A stretch of DNA of 64,000 nt from an uncultured Candidatus Binatia bacterium (GTDB taxonomy: Bacteria; Desulfobacterota; Binatia; UBA9968; JAJDTQ01). Positions 18,098 through 27,349 of the stretch are shown one piece after another. How positions within the stretch are numbered: the first letter of the stretch is position 1; each line of letters opens with the position of its first letter. Below the pieces are notes generated by a model. That model saw only the letters and a list, made by a program, of their open reading frames with translations. It was not told the DNA's origin and did not search any database. The position numbers were made by a program, and so were the translations under genes. Where the stretch lies: contig OZ241976.1 of NCBI GenBank assembly GCA_965204205.1, forward strand, positions 1,838,858-1,902,857, read 5' to 3'.

Positions 18098-19405
18098 TTA
18101 GATACCGCCAACGAACCGTCCGGGCGACAGGATGTCTTTGGGATCCAGCGTCTGCTTGATGCTCTTCATCAAGCCCAGTCCGTCGATGCCACCGCCCCAG
18201 AGATCCACGCCGGGCTTCACCGAGGGATCCGCATGCTCGACGACGAGCGTCCCGCCAAGGCTTTCCGCCGCCGCTCGCAGCCGCTCCACGACAGCGCCTG
18301 GCAAACCTTGCGACACGGCGCCGTCGGAGCGTTCACCCCGGACATGGACGACGCCGTTGCCGGCGTGAGCCTGGACCGCCATGGCCACACCGCCGGCCCT
18401 GCCTTCGTCTTCCAACGCCGCGATGAAGGCCGCGACCCTGGTGGGGAGAACGGCGGCCTTGAGACGGAAAAGCGCCCCGCTGCCGGCCGGCGAATCCCTC
18501 AACCCGGCCACTACCGTGTCCGCCTCTTCCTCCGTCAGTTCCTCCAGGCCGCCGGCACCGTCCGCCAGCAATCTCAGCGTGACCTGCTGATCGGCCACGT
18601 CCTCCTTCGCGCCGCCGAAACCCACCACGACCACAGAGCCCGAACCCGCGGCCGGAACACGCGCCGCAAGCTCGATGAAGAGCGGCTCCAGGGGCGCCGT
18701 CAGGATGCGTTCCACGAGATCCTGTGCCGCCGCCGGATTCGGGCAGGTAACCCGCGCCGCGGCCCGGGCCTCGGGCAGCGTGCGCACCTTGAAGCTCGCC
18801 TCGACGATGACACCCAAGGTTCCCAAAGCACCGCAGTAGAGCTTTCCCAGGTCATAGCCGGCCACGTTCTTGACCACCCTTCCCCCGCTCTTGACCACCG
18901 ATCCGTCCGCCCGCACCACCGTGATGCCGATGAGAAGGTCCCGGACCGTTCCCTGGGAGAACCGGGAAGGTCCGCTGAGGTTGGCGCTGATGAGCGCGCC
19001 GACGCTGGTCCGGTCGGGAAACGGCGGGTCCACCGGCAGCCACTGGCCAGCGGCGGCGGCAACGGCCTGAAGTTGCGCAAGGTTCATGCCCGCCTGCGCC
19101 GTCAGGGTCATGTTGGCGGGCTGGTGGTCCACAAGATCATTCAACGATGCAAGAGAAAGCGCCAGAAACGGACGACTCGGCGCCGCCCCCGCCCCGAGGT
19201 GCGCGCCGAAACCCGCCGGAACCACCGCCAGGCCGCGGGCCGAGGCGATCTCCATGATCCGGCGGACCTGCGGCACCGAGGACGGGCGGACAACCCGTTC
19301 TGGCCGAATACCGTCGATGGCGAAGCGGTCGAAATCGGCATCCGTCCCCGTCGCCGGAGGGTCCGAGGATCCGCGCAGGTCTTCGTCGAAACCGGCCCAG
19401 TCCAC
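18098..19405 (-). CDS. glcE: FAD-binding oxidase subunit (GlcE-like)
   Basis: It has the FAD_binding_4-type pattern (VVPAGFGAHLGAG, NVAGYDLGKL) and sits between the glcD-like and glcF-like genes with 13- to 20-nt gaps. Confidence 0.7.
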   Translation of the reverse strand: MDWAGFDEDLRGSSDPPATGTDADFDRFAIDGIRPERVVRPSSVPQVRRIMEIASARGLAVVPAGFGAHLGAGAAPSRPFLALSLASLNDLVDHQPANMTLTAQAGMNLAQLQAVAAAAGQWLPVDPPFPDRTSVGALISANLSGPSRFSQGTVRDLLIGITVVRADGSVVKSGGRVVKNVAGYDLGKLYCGALGTLGVIVEASFKVRTLPEARAAARVTCPNPAAAQDLVERILTAPLEPLFIELAARVPAAGSGSVVVVGFGGAKEDVADQQVTLRLLADGAGGLEELTEEEADTVVAGLRDSPAGSGALFRLKAAVLPTRVAAFIAALEDEGRAGGVAMAVQAHAGNGVVHVRGERSDGAVSQGLPGAVVERLRAAAESLGGTLVVEHADPSVKPGVDLWGGGIDGLGLMKSIKQTLDPKDILSPGRFVGGI

Positions 19406-19418
19406 AACCCCTCCGAGC

Positions 19419-20888
19419 CTACATCGCCGCCTGCCGTCGCGGCGCGCGGACTTCCACCTGCTGTCCGGCCGACGGGAAGATCTTGTTGGGATTGCAACGG
19501 TCCTCGGGGTCGAAAACGGAGCGGACCTGCTCCATGGCGCTCAGGTCGTCCGCGGTGAAGATCAACGGCATCAACGCCACCTTCTCCACGCCGATGCCAT
19601 GCTCGCCGGTCAGGCTTCCGCCCAGGGCCACGCATTCCCGGAGGATCTCCCGGCCGGCCGCCACCACCCTTTCGGTCTGGTCGCGATCGCGTTCGTCGTA
19701 GAGAAGGATGGGATGGATATTGCCGTCCCCGGCGTGGAAGACGTTGCCGATGCTGAGGTCGTACGCCTCGCCGATGGCGGCGATGCGCTCCATGATCTCG
19801 GGCAGCCGGTTGGGCGGCACGACCCCGTCCTGGCAGCAAAAGTTGGGCGCCAGGCGTCCCAACGCGCCGAACGCCCGTTTGCGACACTTCCACAGCGCTT
19901 CGCGCTCGTTGTCGTCCCGGGCGACGCGCACCTCGGTGGCACCGTGGGCCTCGCACACCTCGCGGATCCTGCCGGCGGCGCGTTCGAGGCCGCCCTTCAG
20001 GCCGTCCAGTTCCGCGATCAGCACCGCCCCGGCCTCGCGCGGGAAACCGAAATGGAAAGCGTCCTCCACGGCCTGGATGATGAGGTGGTCGAGCATCTCC
20101 AGGGCGGCGGGAACGATGCCGCTGGCGACGATGCCGGCAACCGCGGCGCTGCCGTCGGCCACGGAGTCGAACACCGCCAGAAGTGTCTTGTAACCTTGCG
20201 GCAGCGGATACAGCTTGAGGATCGCCTCGGTGACGATGCCGAAGGTCCCCTCCGAGCCGACAGTCACGCCAACCAAGTCGTAGCCCGGCGCGTCCTCGGT
20301 CATGCCGCCCAGACGCACCACCTCGCCGTCCGGCAGGACCAGCGTCACCCCCAGCACGTGGTTGGTGGTGACGCCGTATTTCAGGGTGTGGGGGCCGCCG
20401 GAGTTCTCGGCCACGTTGCCGCCGATGGAGCATGCCATCTGGCTCGAAGGGTCGGGCACATAGTGAAGGCCGTGGGACCTGGCCGCCCGGCTGACCCAGG
20501 CGTTGACGACGCCGCTCTCGACCACTGCCCGTCGGTTGGCGGGATCCAGCTCCAGTATCCGGTTCATGCGGGTGAGGCTCACCATCACCGGCGCGCCGAG
20601 CGGGAGGCAGCCGCCACTCAACCCGGTACCGGTGCCCCGCGGCACGAACGGCACCGCTTCGTCCTTGAGCAGCTTGAGCACCGCCGCCACCTCCGCGGTG
20701 GAACGCGGCAGGACCACGACCTCGGGCGCCGACTTCTCCAGCGTGTAGCCGTCGCAGTCGTAGACGCTCAGCTCCGTGGCATGCGACACCACCCCGTCGC
20801 CACCCGTGATATCCCGCAAAGAGCTCAGCAGTCGTTCGGTTATCATCTGGCCCCCCGCTGCCGGAGCAGGCATCCCCGAGGGGAGCAC
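19419..20888 (-). CDS. glcD: FAD-linked oxidase, GlcD-like catalytic subunit
   Basis: VPRGTGTGLSGG, GYDL and the C-terminal GGSLTGEHGIG motif are typical of GlcD/D-lactate dehydrogenase. The start could instead be the ATG at 20846 (MITERLL). Confidence 0.8.
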   Translation of the reverse strand: MLPSGMPAPAAGGQMITERLLSSLRDITGGDGVVSHATELSVYDCDGYTLEKSAPEVVVLPRSTAEVAAVLKLLKDEAVPFVPRGTGTGLSGGCLPLGAPVMVSLTRMNRILELDPANRRAVVESGVVNAWVSRAARSHGLHYVPDPSSQMACSIGGNVAENSGGPHTLKYGVTTNHVLGVTLVLPDGEVVRLGGMTEDAPGYDLVGVTVGSEGTFGIVTEAILKLYPLPQGYKTLLAVFDSVADGSAAVAGIVASGIVPAALEMLDHLIIQAVEDAFHFGFPREAGAVLIAELDGLKGGLERAAGRIREVCEAHGATEVRVARDDNEREALWKCRKRAFGALGRLAPNFCCQDGVVPPNRLPEIMERIAAIGEAYDLSIGNVFHAGDGNIHPILLYDERDRDQTERVVAAGREILRECVALGGSLTGEHGIGVEKVALMPLIFTADDLSAMEQVRSVFDPEDRCNPNKIFPSAGQQVEVRAPRRQAAM

Positions 20889-20903
20889 CCTGGACTACGG
20901 ACG

Positions 20904-21407
20904 TCAGCCGCCGTAGAAGACCTTCTCTCCCAAGTCCTTCATGATGAGCGTGGCGTCGTCGGCGCGTCCCTCGATCTCGCCCCGCACGCCCGCTTCCACC
21001 ACTTCGCCGACAAACACGGAATGGTCGCCCTTCTCCACCGTGTCCACGAGCTTGCACTCGACGAAGGCGGGCGCGCTCGCCAGGACCGGCGAACCGGTCG
21101 CCCCGGCGGCGAACGCCTCGCCGCCGATGGTATCGCCTTCCCGTTCCAGGGACTTGAAAAAGGTGAATGCCTGACCCTGCTGCCCCTTGCCCAGCACGTT
21201 CAGGGCAAAGCTGCCGGATTCCTTGATGATGTCGTGCGCACCCGAGTCCGCCTTGACTCCCACCACCACCAGCGGAGGCGCGAAGGACGCCTGGGTCACC
21301 CAGTTCACGGTGGCCGCGGCCACCCGGCCGTCCTTGGCTTCACTGGTCAAGACGTACAACCCATACGGGATCATGCGGAGCGCGGTCTTCTTGGCATCGG
21401 CGTCCAT
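20904..21407 (-). CDS. Flavin reductase-like FMN-binding protein
   Basis: Trimmed to MDADAKKTALRMIPYGLYVLTS, with an AGGAGG SD upstream of the ATG at 21407. The split-barrel flavin reductase pattern is present (AATVNWVTQASFAPPLVVVGV). It is the first gene of the minus-strand operon. Confidence 0.8.
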   Translation of the reverse strand: MDADAKKTALRMIPYGLYVLTSEAKDGRVAAATVNWVTQASFAPPLVVVGVKADSGAHDIIKESGSFALNVLGKGQQGQAFTFFKSLEREGDTIGGEAFAAGATGSPVLASAPAFVECKLVDTVEKGDHSVFVGEVVEAGVRGEIEGRADDATLIMKDLGEKVFYGG

Positions 21408-21631
21408 TCGTTCCTCCTTGAATCTCTCGTTGAAGTACCCCCGCGAACACAACGTTCACGGGGGTTCAGATCGAATGCAAAGTAGCAAACCCCCGGAAAG
21501 CCGTAAAGCCACGGCTTCACCTGCGGCGTGTGCCTTGCGCAATGCCTCTGGACACTAGCGCTGGGGGCTCACCTCCTATCGACAAAGAAATCTGCCTTCC
21601 GCCCCCTCTCGGCGAAACACGGGACGAAGGG

Positions 21632-21680
21632 TTGACATTCGTCACAAAAGAGTTGACAATATAGGAAATTAATATTGACA
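21632..21680 (+). promoter_or_regulatory. AT-rich promoter/operator region with three phased TTGACA hexamers
   Basis: TTGACA occurs at 21632-21637, 21653-21658 and 21675-21680, spaced 21 and 22 nt apart. The first hexamer plus a 17-nt spacer plus GACAAT (21655-21660) is a possible -35/-10 pair. The palindrome TGAC-ATTC-GTCA lies at 21633-21644. All of this is directly upstream of the GTG at 21696. Confidence 0.35.
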
Positions 21681-21695
21681 AAGGAGTTGCCCAAC

Positions 21696-22742
21696 GTGGC
21701 GGGTACACGTGAACGGGGCCGCACTATTCGTGACTACATCATCGCACAGGTCGGTTCCCATCCCGAAAATATCGGACAGGTTTGCGCCAACCGTTTCGGC
21801 ATCTCACGTCAAGCCGTAAACAAGCACCTCGGTCGTCTCGTTGCGGATGGTCTCTTGACGGCCGACGGTGCGACGCGCAGTCGCCGGTACTCTTTGAGAA
21901 CATTGCTCAGCAAGGACGTCGTTGTTCCACTGACCGATGGAACCGACGAAGATGTCGTCTGGCGGAAGGAGGTTGCGCCACTCTTGTCGGACATCCCCCG
22001 TGGCGCGCAAGAAGTCTGGCAATACGGCTTCACGGAAATGTTCAACAATGCAATCGATCACTCCTCGGGAACATGGGTGAAGATCACAATCGCACGGACG
22101 GCGATCAAGACGAGGATCTATGTACTCGACAACGGAGAGGGAATCTTCCGCAAGATCACCAAAGAGCTACAACTCGACGACGAGCGCCATGCGGTTCTCG
22201 AATTGGCCAAGGGCAAGTTGACCACCGACCCCGAGAACCACACGGGAGAAGGCATATTCTTCACCTCACGTCTTTTCGACGAGTTCAATATCCTTTCTGA
22301 CAGAGTCTTCTTCTCACACGACAGCGCAACACGAGGGGATTGGATCCAGGAAGCACTACCCAACCCGGACGCCTCAGGTTTTCGGGGTACGTTGGTGGTC
22401 CTGGAACTCGACAACGGCACGGTGAGGACGCTGAAACAGGTGTTTGACGAATATACCGCGGATGGCGACTACGGGTTCTCGAAGACTGTCGTGCCAGTCG
22501 GCTTGGTTCAATACGGCGACGAAGCCCTGGTATCGCGCTCTCAAGCCAAGCGCCTGTTGACGCGATTTGACCGCTTCAAGAAGGTGATCCTGGACTTCAA
22601 AGGCATTGAACTGATCGGACAGGCCTTTGCCGACGAGGTGTTTCGCGTGTTCGCGCGGGCACACCCTAATGTCGAGATCATTCCGCTCAACGAAAATCGC
22701 GATGTCGCGGCAATGATCCAACGTGCCCGCAACTCGACTTGA
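21696..22742 (+). CDS. wHTH - GHKL-type ATPase - STAS-like (DUF4325-type) fusion protein
   Basis: The start is taken as GTG 21696, with AAGGAG 8-9 nt upstream; the ORF track opens at TTG 21675. The N-terminus has a winged-helix signature (ISRQAVNKHLGRLVADGLL). Bergerat-fold boxes are FTEMFNNAIDHS, VLDNGEGI and HTGEGIFF. The C-terminus reads KKVILDFKGIELIGQAFADEVFRVF. The gene is visibly AT-richer than its neighbours. Confidence 0.7.
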   Translation: MAGTRERGRTIRDYIIAQVGSHPENIGQVCANRFGISRQAVNKHLGRLVADGLLTADGATRSRRYSLRTLLSKDVVVPLTDGTDEDVVWRKEVAPLLSDIPRGAQEVWQYGFTEMFNNAIDHSSGTWVKITIARTAIKTRIYVLDNGEGIFRKITKELQLDDERHAVLELAKGKLTTDPENHTGEGIFFTSRLFDEFNILSDRVFFSHDSATRGDWIQEALPNPDASGFRGTLVVLELDNGTVRTLKQVFDEYTADGDYGFSKTVVPVGLVQYGDEALVSRSQAKRLLTRFDRFKKVILDFKGIELIGQAFADEVFRVFARAHPNVEIIPLNENRDVAAMIQRARNST

Positions 22743-22859
22743 GCCGGCCTGATCACCAGCGACACGAAAGCTGGGACGCAGACCACCCACGGTCCGGCGG
22801 TCCGTGCCAATGTTGAAGGGTTTCTGATAGGTTCAACTTCAGAGACACGATCTGGATCC

Positions 22860-23816
22860 ATGCCACCCAAGGTTCACATAGACGGCCACGTGGGCACCAC
22901 CGGACTGCGCATTCGCGACTGGCTCGCGGGGCGGCGGGACATCGAGCTGTCCACGCTGGATGAAGACCGCCGCAAGGACGACACGGCGCGACGCGCCGCC
23001 GTGGAGGCCGCGGACCTGGCGGTGCTGTGCCTTCCGGACGACGCCGCGCGCGAGGCGGCGCAATGGGCCGGAGAGTGCGACACTCGGGTCATCGACGCCA
23101 GCACCGCCCATCGCGTCGCCGACCGGTGGACCTACGGGCTTCCGGAAGTCCAGGCAACCCAACGGGACGCCATCCGGGAGGCTGGCTTCGTGGCCAACCC
23201 CGGTTGCTACCCCTCGGCCTTCATCCTGTTGACCCGGCCGCTGGTGGACGAGGGCCTCCTGCCTCACGATACCCCGGTCTCCATCCACGCGCTGTCGGGC
23301 TATTCGGGCGGCGGGCGGGGACTGATCGAGAAGTGGGAGAGCGCGGAGAACGGCCTGGGCTCACTGCCCTACGAGGCGCCCTACGCGCTGGGAGCGCGGC
23401 ACAAGCACGTCCCGGAAATGATGGCCTACAGCGGCCTCACCACGGAACCGCAGTTCGTGCCGGCGGTGGGACCTTTCCGCTGCGGCATGCGGGTGGAGGT
23501 GCCGATTCATCTTGGGGTCCTACCCATGGGCGTGAACAGCACGGCGATCCTGGACTGTATCCGGGAACGTTACGACGGCGAACCCTTCATCCGGGTGGTG
23601 CATCATCAGGACCCGCGGGAGGCCCACGAGCGCAGCTTCGACCCACAGGCATGCAACGACACCAACTTCATGGAGCTCCACGTGGTCCCGCACTCCTCGG
23701 GGCACACGTTGCTGGTGGCGCTTCTAGACAACTTGGGAAAGGGCGCGAGCGGCGTGGCTATCCAGAACCTTAATCTCATGCTTGGGTTGCCGGAGACGGC
23801 GCACCTGCCGGACTGA
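22860..23816 (+). CDS. argC: N-acetyl-gamma-glutamyl-phosphate reductase, short (type 2) form
   Basis: 318 aa. GHVGTTGLRIRDWL is the N-terminal Rossmann motif, ANPGCYPSA contains the active-site Cys, and LSGYSGGG is present. Confidence 0.85.
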   Translation: MPPKVHIDGHVGTTGLRIRDWLAGRRDIELSTLDEDRRKDDTARRAAVEAADLAVLCLPDDAAREAAQWAGECDTRVIDASTAHRVADRWTYGLPEVQATQRDAIREAGFVANPGCYPSAFILLTRPLVDEGLLPHDTPVSIHALSGYSGGGRGLIEKWESAENGLGSLPYEAPYALGARHKHVPEMMAYSGLTTEPQFVPAVGPFRCGMRVEVPIHLGVLPMGVNSTAILDCIRERYDGEPFIRVVHHQDPREAHERSFDPQACNDTNFMELHVVPHSSGHTLLVALLDNLGKGASGVAIQNLNLMLGLPETAHLPD

Positions 23817-23831
23817 TTCCGCCCCGCCCTC

Positions 23832-24575
23832 CTACCCCGCCAACCCCTGCCAGATCAGCTTGGCCTCCATCACGATGATCAGGGTCACGATGACCCGGTT
23901 GAACCACTCCTTGCTGATATAGGGAGTTGTCCGCATCCCCAGGGGCAGGAACACGGCGATGGGGACGAGCGCGAGAATTCCCTGGCCGAAAAGCTCCCAA
24001 TCGAACAGGCCGGCGGCCAGGACGAAGAGGAAGTGCGTTGTGGTGAGGCCCAGGAACATCGTTGACGCCGCGAAGATGTATGCTTCCTTTTCCAGGCCGA
24101 AGGCGCGCACCCACGCCGCCACCACCGCGCTGGACATGCCGGCCGCGCCCTGGGAGACGCCGGCCAACGCGGCGATGACCGGCGAGAGGACACGGCCGAC
24201 TCGCCCGGTGAAGCGGATCTCGATCCGGAAGGCCAGCAGCACCAGGTAAGCCCCCACGCAGACCGCCAGCACCAGGGTCAGCATACGCTCGTCGGCGGTG
24301 GCAAGGAACCAGGTGCCGCCGGCGACGCCCAGGGCGCCCGCCATGGTGGCGAAGACGAGCCCCGGCACCGTGTGGAACCGGGTGCGGTAGGACCACATCA
24401 CCCAGAAGTTGCTGACCATGTTGGGGATGGTGATGATGATGATGGTGTGCTGGGCCCCCAGGAAACCCGCCATGATGGGGACGGCGATGAGCGGAAGGCC
24501 CATTCCCGTGGCCCCTTTTGAAAATGCACCGGCGCCCAGCGCGACGAAAATGATCAAGAGGGTTTCGAGGTGCAT
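23832..24575 (-). CDS. TauE/SafE-family sulfite/anion exporter
   Basis: 247 aa and highly hydrophobic, with duplicated 4-TM halves. The stretch GAFSKGATGMGLPLIAVPIM is typical of this family. Confidence 0.7.
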   Translation of the reverse strand: MHLETLLIIFVALGAGAFSKGATGMGLPLIAVPIMAGFLGAQHTIIIITIPNMVSNFWVMWSYRTRFHTVPGLVFATMAGALGVAGGTWFLATADERMLTLVLAVCVGAYLVLLAFRIEIRFTGRVGRVLSPVIAALAGVSQGAAGMSSAVVAAWVRAFGLEKEAYIFAASTMFLGLTTTHFLFVLAAGLFDWELFGQGILALVPIAVFLPLGMRTTPYISKEWFNRVIVTLIIVMEAKLIWQGLAG

Positions 24576-24659
24576 TTCACCAAGTGAGTGTCAGGGATGG
24601 GGAACCGGGTCAAGCCCGGACACGCCGGTCACTGCGTCATCGCAACGGCTTTCTTGCTC

Positions 24660-24689
24660 TTGCACTCGGAACTTCAACCGGAGTAATGT
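24660..24689 (+). promoter_or_regulatory. Candidate sigma70-type promoter for the ABC operon (TTGCAC-18-TAATGT)
   Basis: The -35 TTGCAC lies at 24660-24665 and the -10 TAATGT at 24684-24689, about 70 nt upstream of the ATG at 24758. This is by-eye matching only. Confidence 0.3.
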
Positions 24690-24757
24690 GCGGCCGTGTC
24701 ACGCTCGGGCGCATACAATGGCTGCAAGGACGAATCGGCAACAAGGAGGATATAACC

Positions 24758-26335
24758 ATGTTGAACGCTTCGAAAAGGCTCCTTCTGTTCCTGTTCCTCA
24801 TGCTTCCGCTGGCTCTGGGAACGCCGGCGCTCGCGGCGGACGCTGGCAAGACGCTGCGGTACGCCTCCGCAAACTTCGGCGAGGAAAACAAGGACCCCAC
24901 CCGAACCTCCATCAGCGCCTCGCTGGGGCTGGTGGGACCGTTGTGGGACTGGCTCACGGAGCTCGACGCCGGCGGCAAGCTCACCCCGGGGCTCGCGCTT
25001 AGCTGGAAGGCCGGGGAGGACGGCAAATCCTGGACCTTCAAACTGAGGCCCGGGGTCACGTTCCACGACGGCAGCGAGATGACCGCCGAGGACGTGCAGT
25101 TCACGCTGATGGAGGGGTTCCGCCGGCCCAAGGCGAAGGCCTCCCGGGTGCGGCAGTTCCGCAAGGGCATCAAGGACGTGAAGGTCGTCGACCGCCACAC
25201 GGTAACGGTGGTCACGGCGCGGCCGTGGCCCACCTTCCCCTATGACATGGCCAATCAGCCCGGCATCGAGGGCATCGTGCTCCCCAAGGCCTATATCGAG
25301 AAGGTCGGCTGGGACGGCTTCGCCCAGAAGCCCGTGGGCACCGGCGCCTTCAAGTTCGTCAAGCACGAAGTGGGCAACTTCATCGAGTTCGAGGCGGTGA
25401 AGAACCACTGGCGCGCGTCCTCGAATTTCGACCGCCTGCGCATCGTGCTGGTGCCCGAGGCGGCCACCCGCGTGGCCATGCTGAAAACCGGTCAGGTGGA
25501 CGTGGCGCAGATCTCCCTGGACGAGGTCCAGGAGGTGACGAAGGCAGGCTTCAAGATCGCCGAGGACCCGCAGCCCACGTCGGTCCGAATTCACCTCTAC
25601 GCCACCTACTACGACAAAGCCGGTCCGGTGAAGGACGTCCGGGTGCGCCAGGCCCTGAACCTGGCCATCGACAGGCAGGAGATCGTGGACACGCTGTTGC
25701 ACGGCAAGGGCAAGCCGGCGGCGGTGTTCCCCATCTCCCCCATCTCCATCGGGTTCCCGGCGGACCTGAAGCCGTACCCATACGACCCGGCCAAGGCCAA
25801 GAAGCTGCTGGCGGAAGCAGGCTATCCCAACGGCTTCTCCATCAAGCTGTTCGCCCTGCGCCAGTCCAGCTTCACCCAGTACCGGCAGCTCGCCGAGATC
25901 GTCGCCGGGTACTGGGAGGTCATCGGCGTCAAGACGAGCATCGTGCCCACCGACATCGGCGCGTTCCGGCCGCTCTACATCGCGAACCCGCAGAAGCCCG
26001 AGATCATCGGCCAGGCCGGCACCTTCGCCACCACCAGCCGCCTGAACGGCTCCGACGGCCTGCGCATCTGGTGGTCCGCCAAGGGCAGGATCATCAAGAT
26101 GGCCGACAGCGTGGACGACATCGCCAGCAAGGCAGCAGGCGAAGCTACCACCGACGGCATCGCGACGCAGGTACGGAACGCCTACAAGATACTCTACGAC
26201 GAGTACCGCGGCGTGCCCATCGCCGACGCCAAGGCGGTCCTGTGGGGGTACGGGAACCAGGCAAAGGACCTCCAGTTGCGGCCCCACCGGGGCTACATCG
26301 AGCCCAGCCTGGTGACCGCCGCGCCGGCGAAATAG
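24758..26335 (+). CDS. ABC transporter substrate-binding protein, family 5 (peptide/opine/nickel type)
   Basis: Trimmed to MLNASKRLLLFLFLMLPLALGTPALAADA, a signal peptide, with AAGGAGGA upstream. WTFKLRPGVTFHDGSEMTAEDVQFT is the family-5 signature region. Confidence 0.85.
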   Translation: MLNASKRLLLFLFLMLPLALGTPALAADAGKTLRYASANFGEENKDPTRTSISASLGLVGPLWDWLTELDAGGKLTPGLALSWKAGEDGKSWTFKLRPGVTFHDGSEMTAEDVQFTLMEGFRRPKAKASRVRQFRKGIKDVKVVDRHTVTVVTARPWPTFPYDMANQPGIEGIVLPKAYIEKVGWDGFAQKPVGTGAFKFVKHEVGNFIEFEAVKNHWRASSNFDRLRIVLVPEAATRVAMLKTGQVDVAQISLDEVQEVTKAGFKIAEDPQPTSVRIHLYATYYDKAGPVKDVRVRQALNLAIDRQEIVDTLLHGKGKPAAVFPISPISIGFPADLKPYPYDPAKAKKLLAEAGYPNGFSIKLFALRQSSFTQYRQLAEIVAGYWEVIGVKTSIVPTDIGAFRPLYIANPQKPEIIGQAGTFATTSRLNGSDGLRIWWSAKGRIIKMADSVDDIASKAAGEATTDGIATQVRNAYKILYDEYRGVPIADAKAVLWGYGNQAKDLQLRPHRGYIEPSLVTAAPAK

Positions 26336-26425
26336 CCGGCGGCAACTGACCGCAGGAGGCCCGTACCGCCCGGTCGCCGGCGATTCATGCGGTACGGGCC
26401 TCCCGTCTCCCGACCTCGAGTTTTC

Positions 26426-27349
26426 ATGCAACGCTACATCGCCGGCAGGCTGGTCCAGTGCCTCGTCACGCTGCTGGTGATCAGCCTGCTGGTGTTCGCC
26501 CTGGCGCGGCTCACCGGCAACCCGCTGGACGTCATGCTGCCCATCGACGCCTCGGCGGAGCTCCAGGAGGAGATGAGCCGGGAACTGGGGCTGGACCAGC
26601 CGATGTACGTCCAGTACGTGCGCTTCGTGCACAGCCTCCTGTACGCCGACCTGGGCACCTCGATCCGCACCCGCAAACCGGTGGCCGAGCTGATCGGCCA
26701 GCGGCTGCCCAACACACTGAAACTGGTCGCCTTCTCCACGGCCATGGCGCTTCTGATAGCTCTGCCGCTGGGGGTCATCGCGGCTACACGCAAAAGCGGG
26801 TTCTGGGACGTGGGGGCGCGCACCGTGGCGCTCTTCGGCCAGTCGGTGCCGACGTTCTGGGCCGGCATCGTGCTGATCTCGATCTTCGCCGTCAACCTCG
26901 ACGTCCTGCCCGCCGGTCGCAAGGAGAGCATCGCCTCCTACGTCCTGCCGGCGGTTACCCTGGGACTTTTCGGCTTCATGCTGGCGGGAGTGGTGCGGCT
27001 CCTGCGCGGCTCCATGCTGGACGTGCTGGACAGCGAGTACGTCAAGTTCGCGCGTATCAAGGGGCTGGCCGAGTCCGCCGTCACCTGGAAGCACGCGCTC
27101 AAGAACGCGCTGATCCCGGTGGTGACCTTCGTCGGCTTCTACTTCGGCATCCTGATGGCAGGGAGCGTGGTGGTGGAGACCGTGTTCGCCTGGCCGGGCA
27201 TCGGACGGCTGGCCTTCGAGGCGGTCCAGTGGCGCGACTATCCGGTGATCCAGGGCGTCGTGCTGCTGGTGTCCACCATCATCCTGGCGGCCAACCTCGT
27301 GGTGGACATCCTCTACGCCTACATCGACCCGCGGATTCGCTATGGCTGA
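26426..27349 (+). CDS. ABC transporter permease (DppB/OppB-like)
   Basis: Trimmed to MQRYIAGRLVQCLVTLLVISLLVFALARLTGNP, the canonical DppB N-terminus. The EAA-type loop is YVKFARIKGL. Confidence 0.85.
   Translation: MQRYIAGRLVQCLVTLLVISLLVFALARLTGNPLDVMLPIDASAELQEEMSRELGLDQPMYVQYVRFVHSLLYADLGTSIRTRKPVAELIGQRLPNTLKLVAFSTAMALLIALPLGVIAATRKSGFWDVGARTVALFGQSVPTFWAGIVLISIFAVNLDVLPAGRKESIASYVLPAVTLGLFGFMLAGVVRLLRGSMLDVLDSEYVKFARIKGLAESAVTWKHALKNALIPVVTFVGFYFGILMAGSVVVETVFAWPGIGRLAFEAVQWRDYPVIQGVVLLVSTIILAANLVVDILYAYIDPRIRYG

Noticed and set aside
21430-22860. Short similar strings flank the low-GC wHTH-GHKL islet and could have been insertion target duplications: GTTGAAG...GGTTCA...TTCAGA near 21430-21470 and near 22812-22850.
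   Set aside because: The matches are only 6-7 nt and are interrupted, with different spacing. This is within chance expectation, and I cannot run a statistical comparison here.
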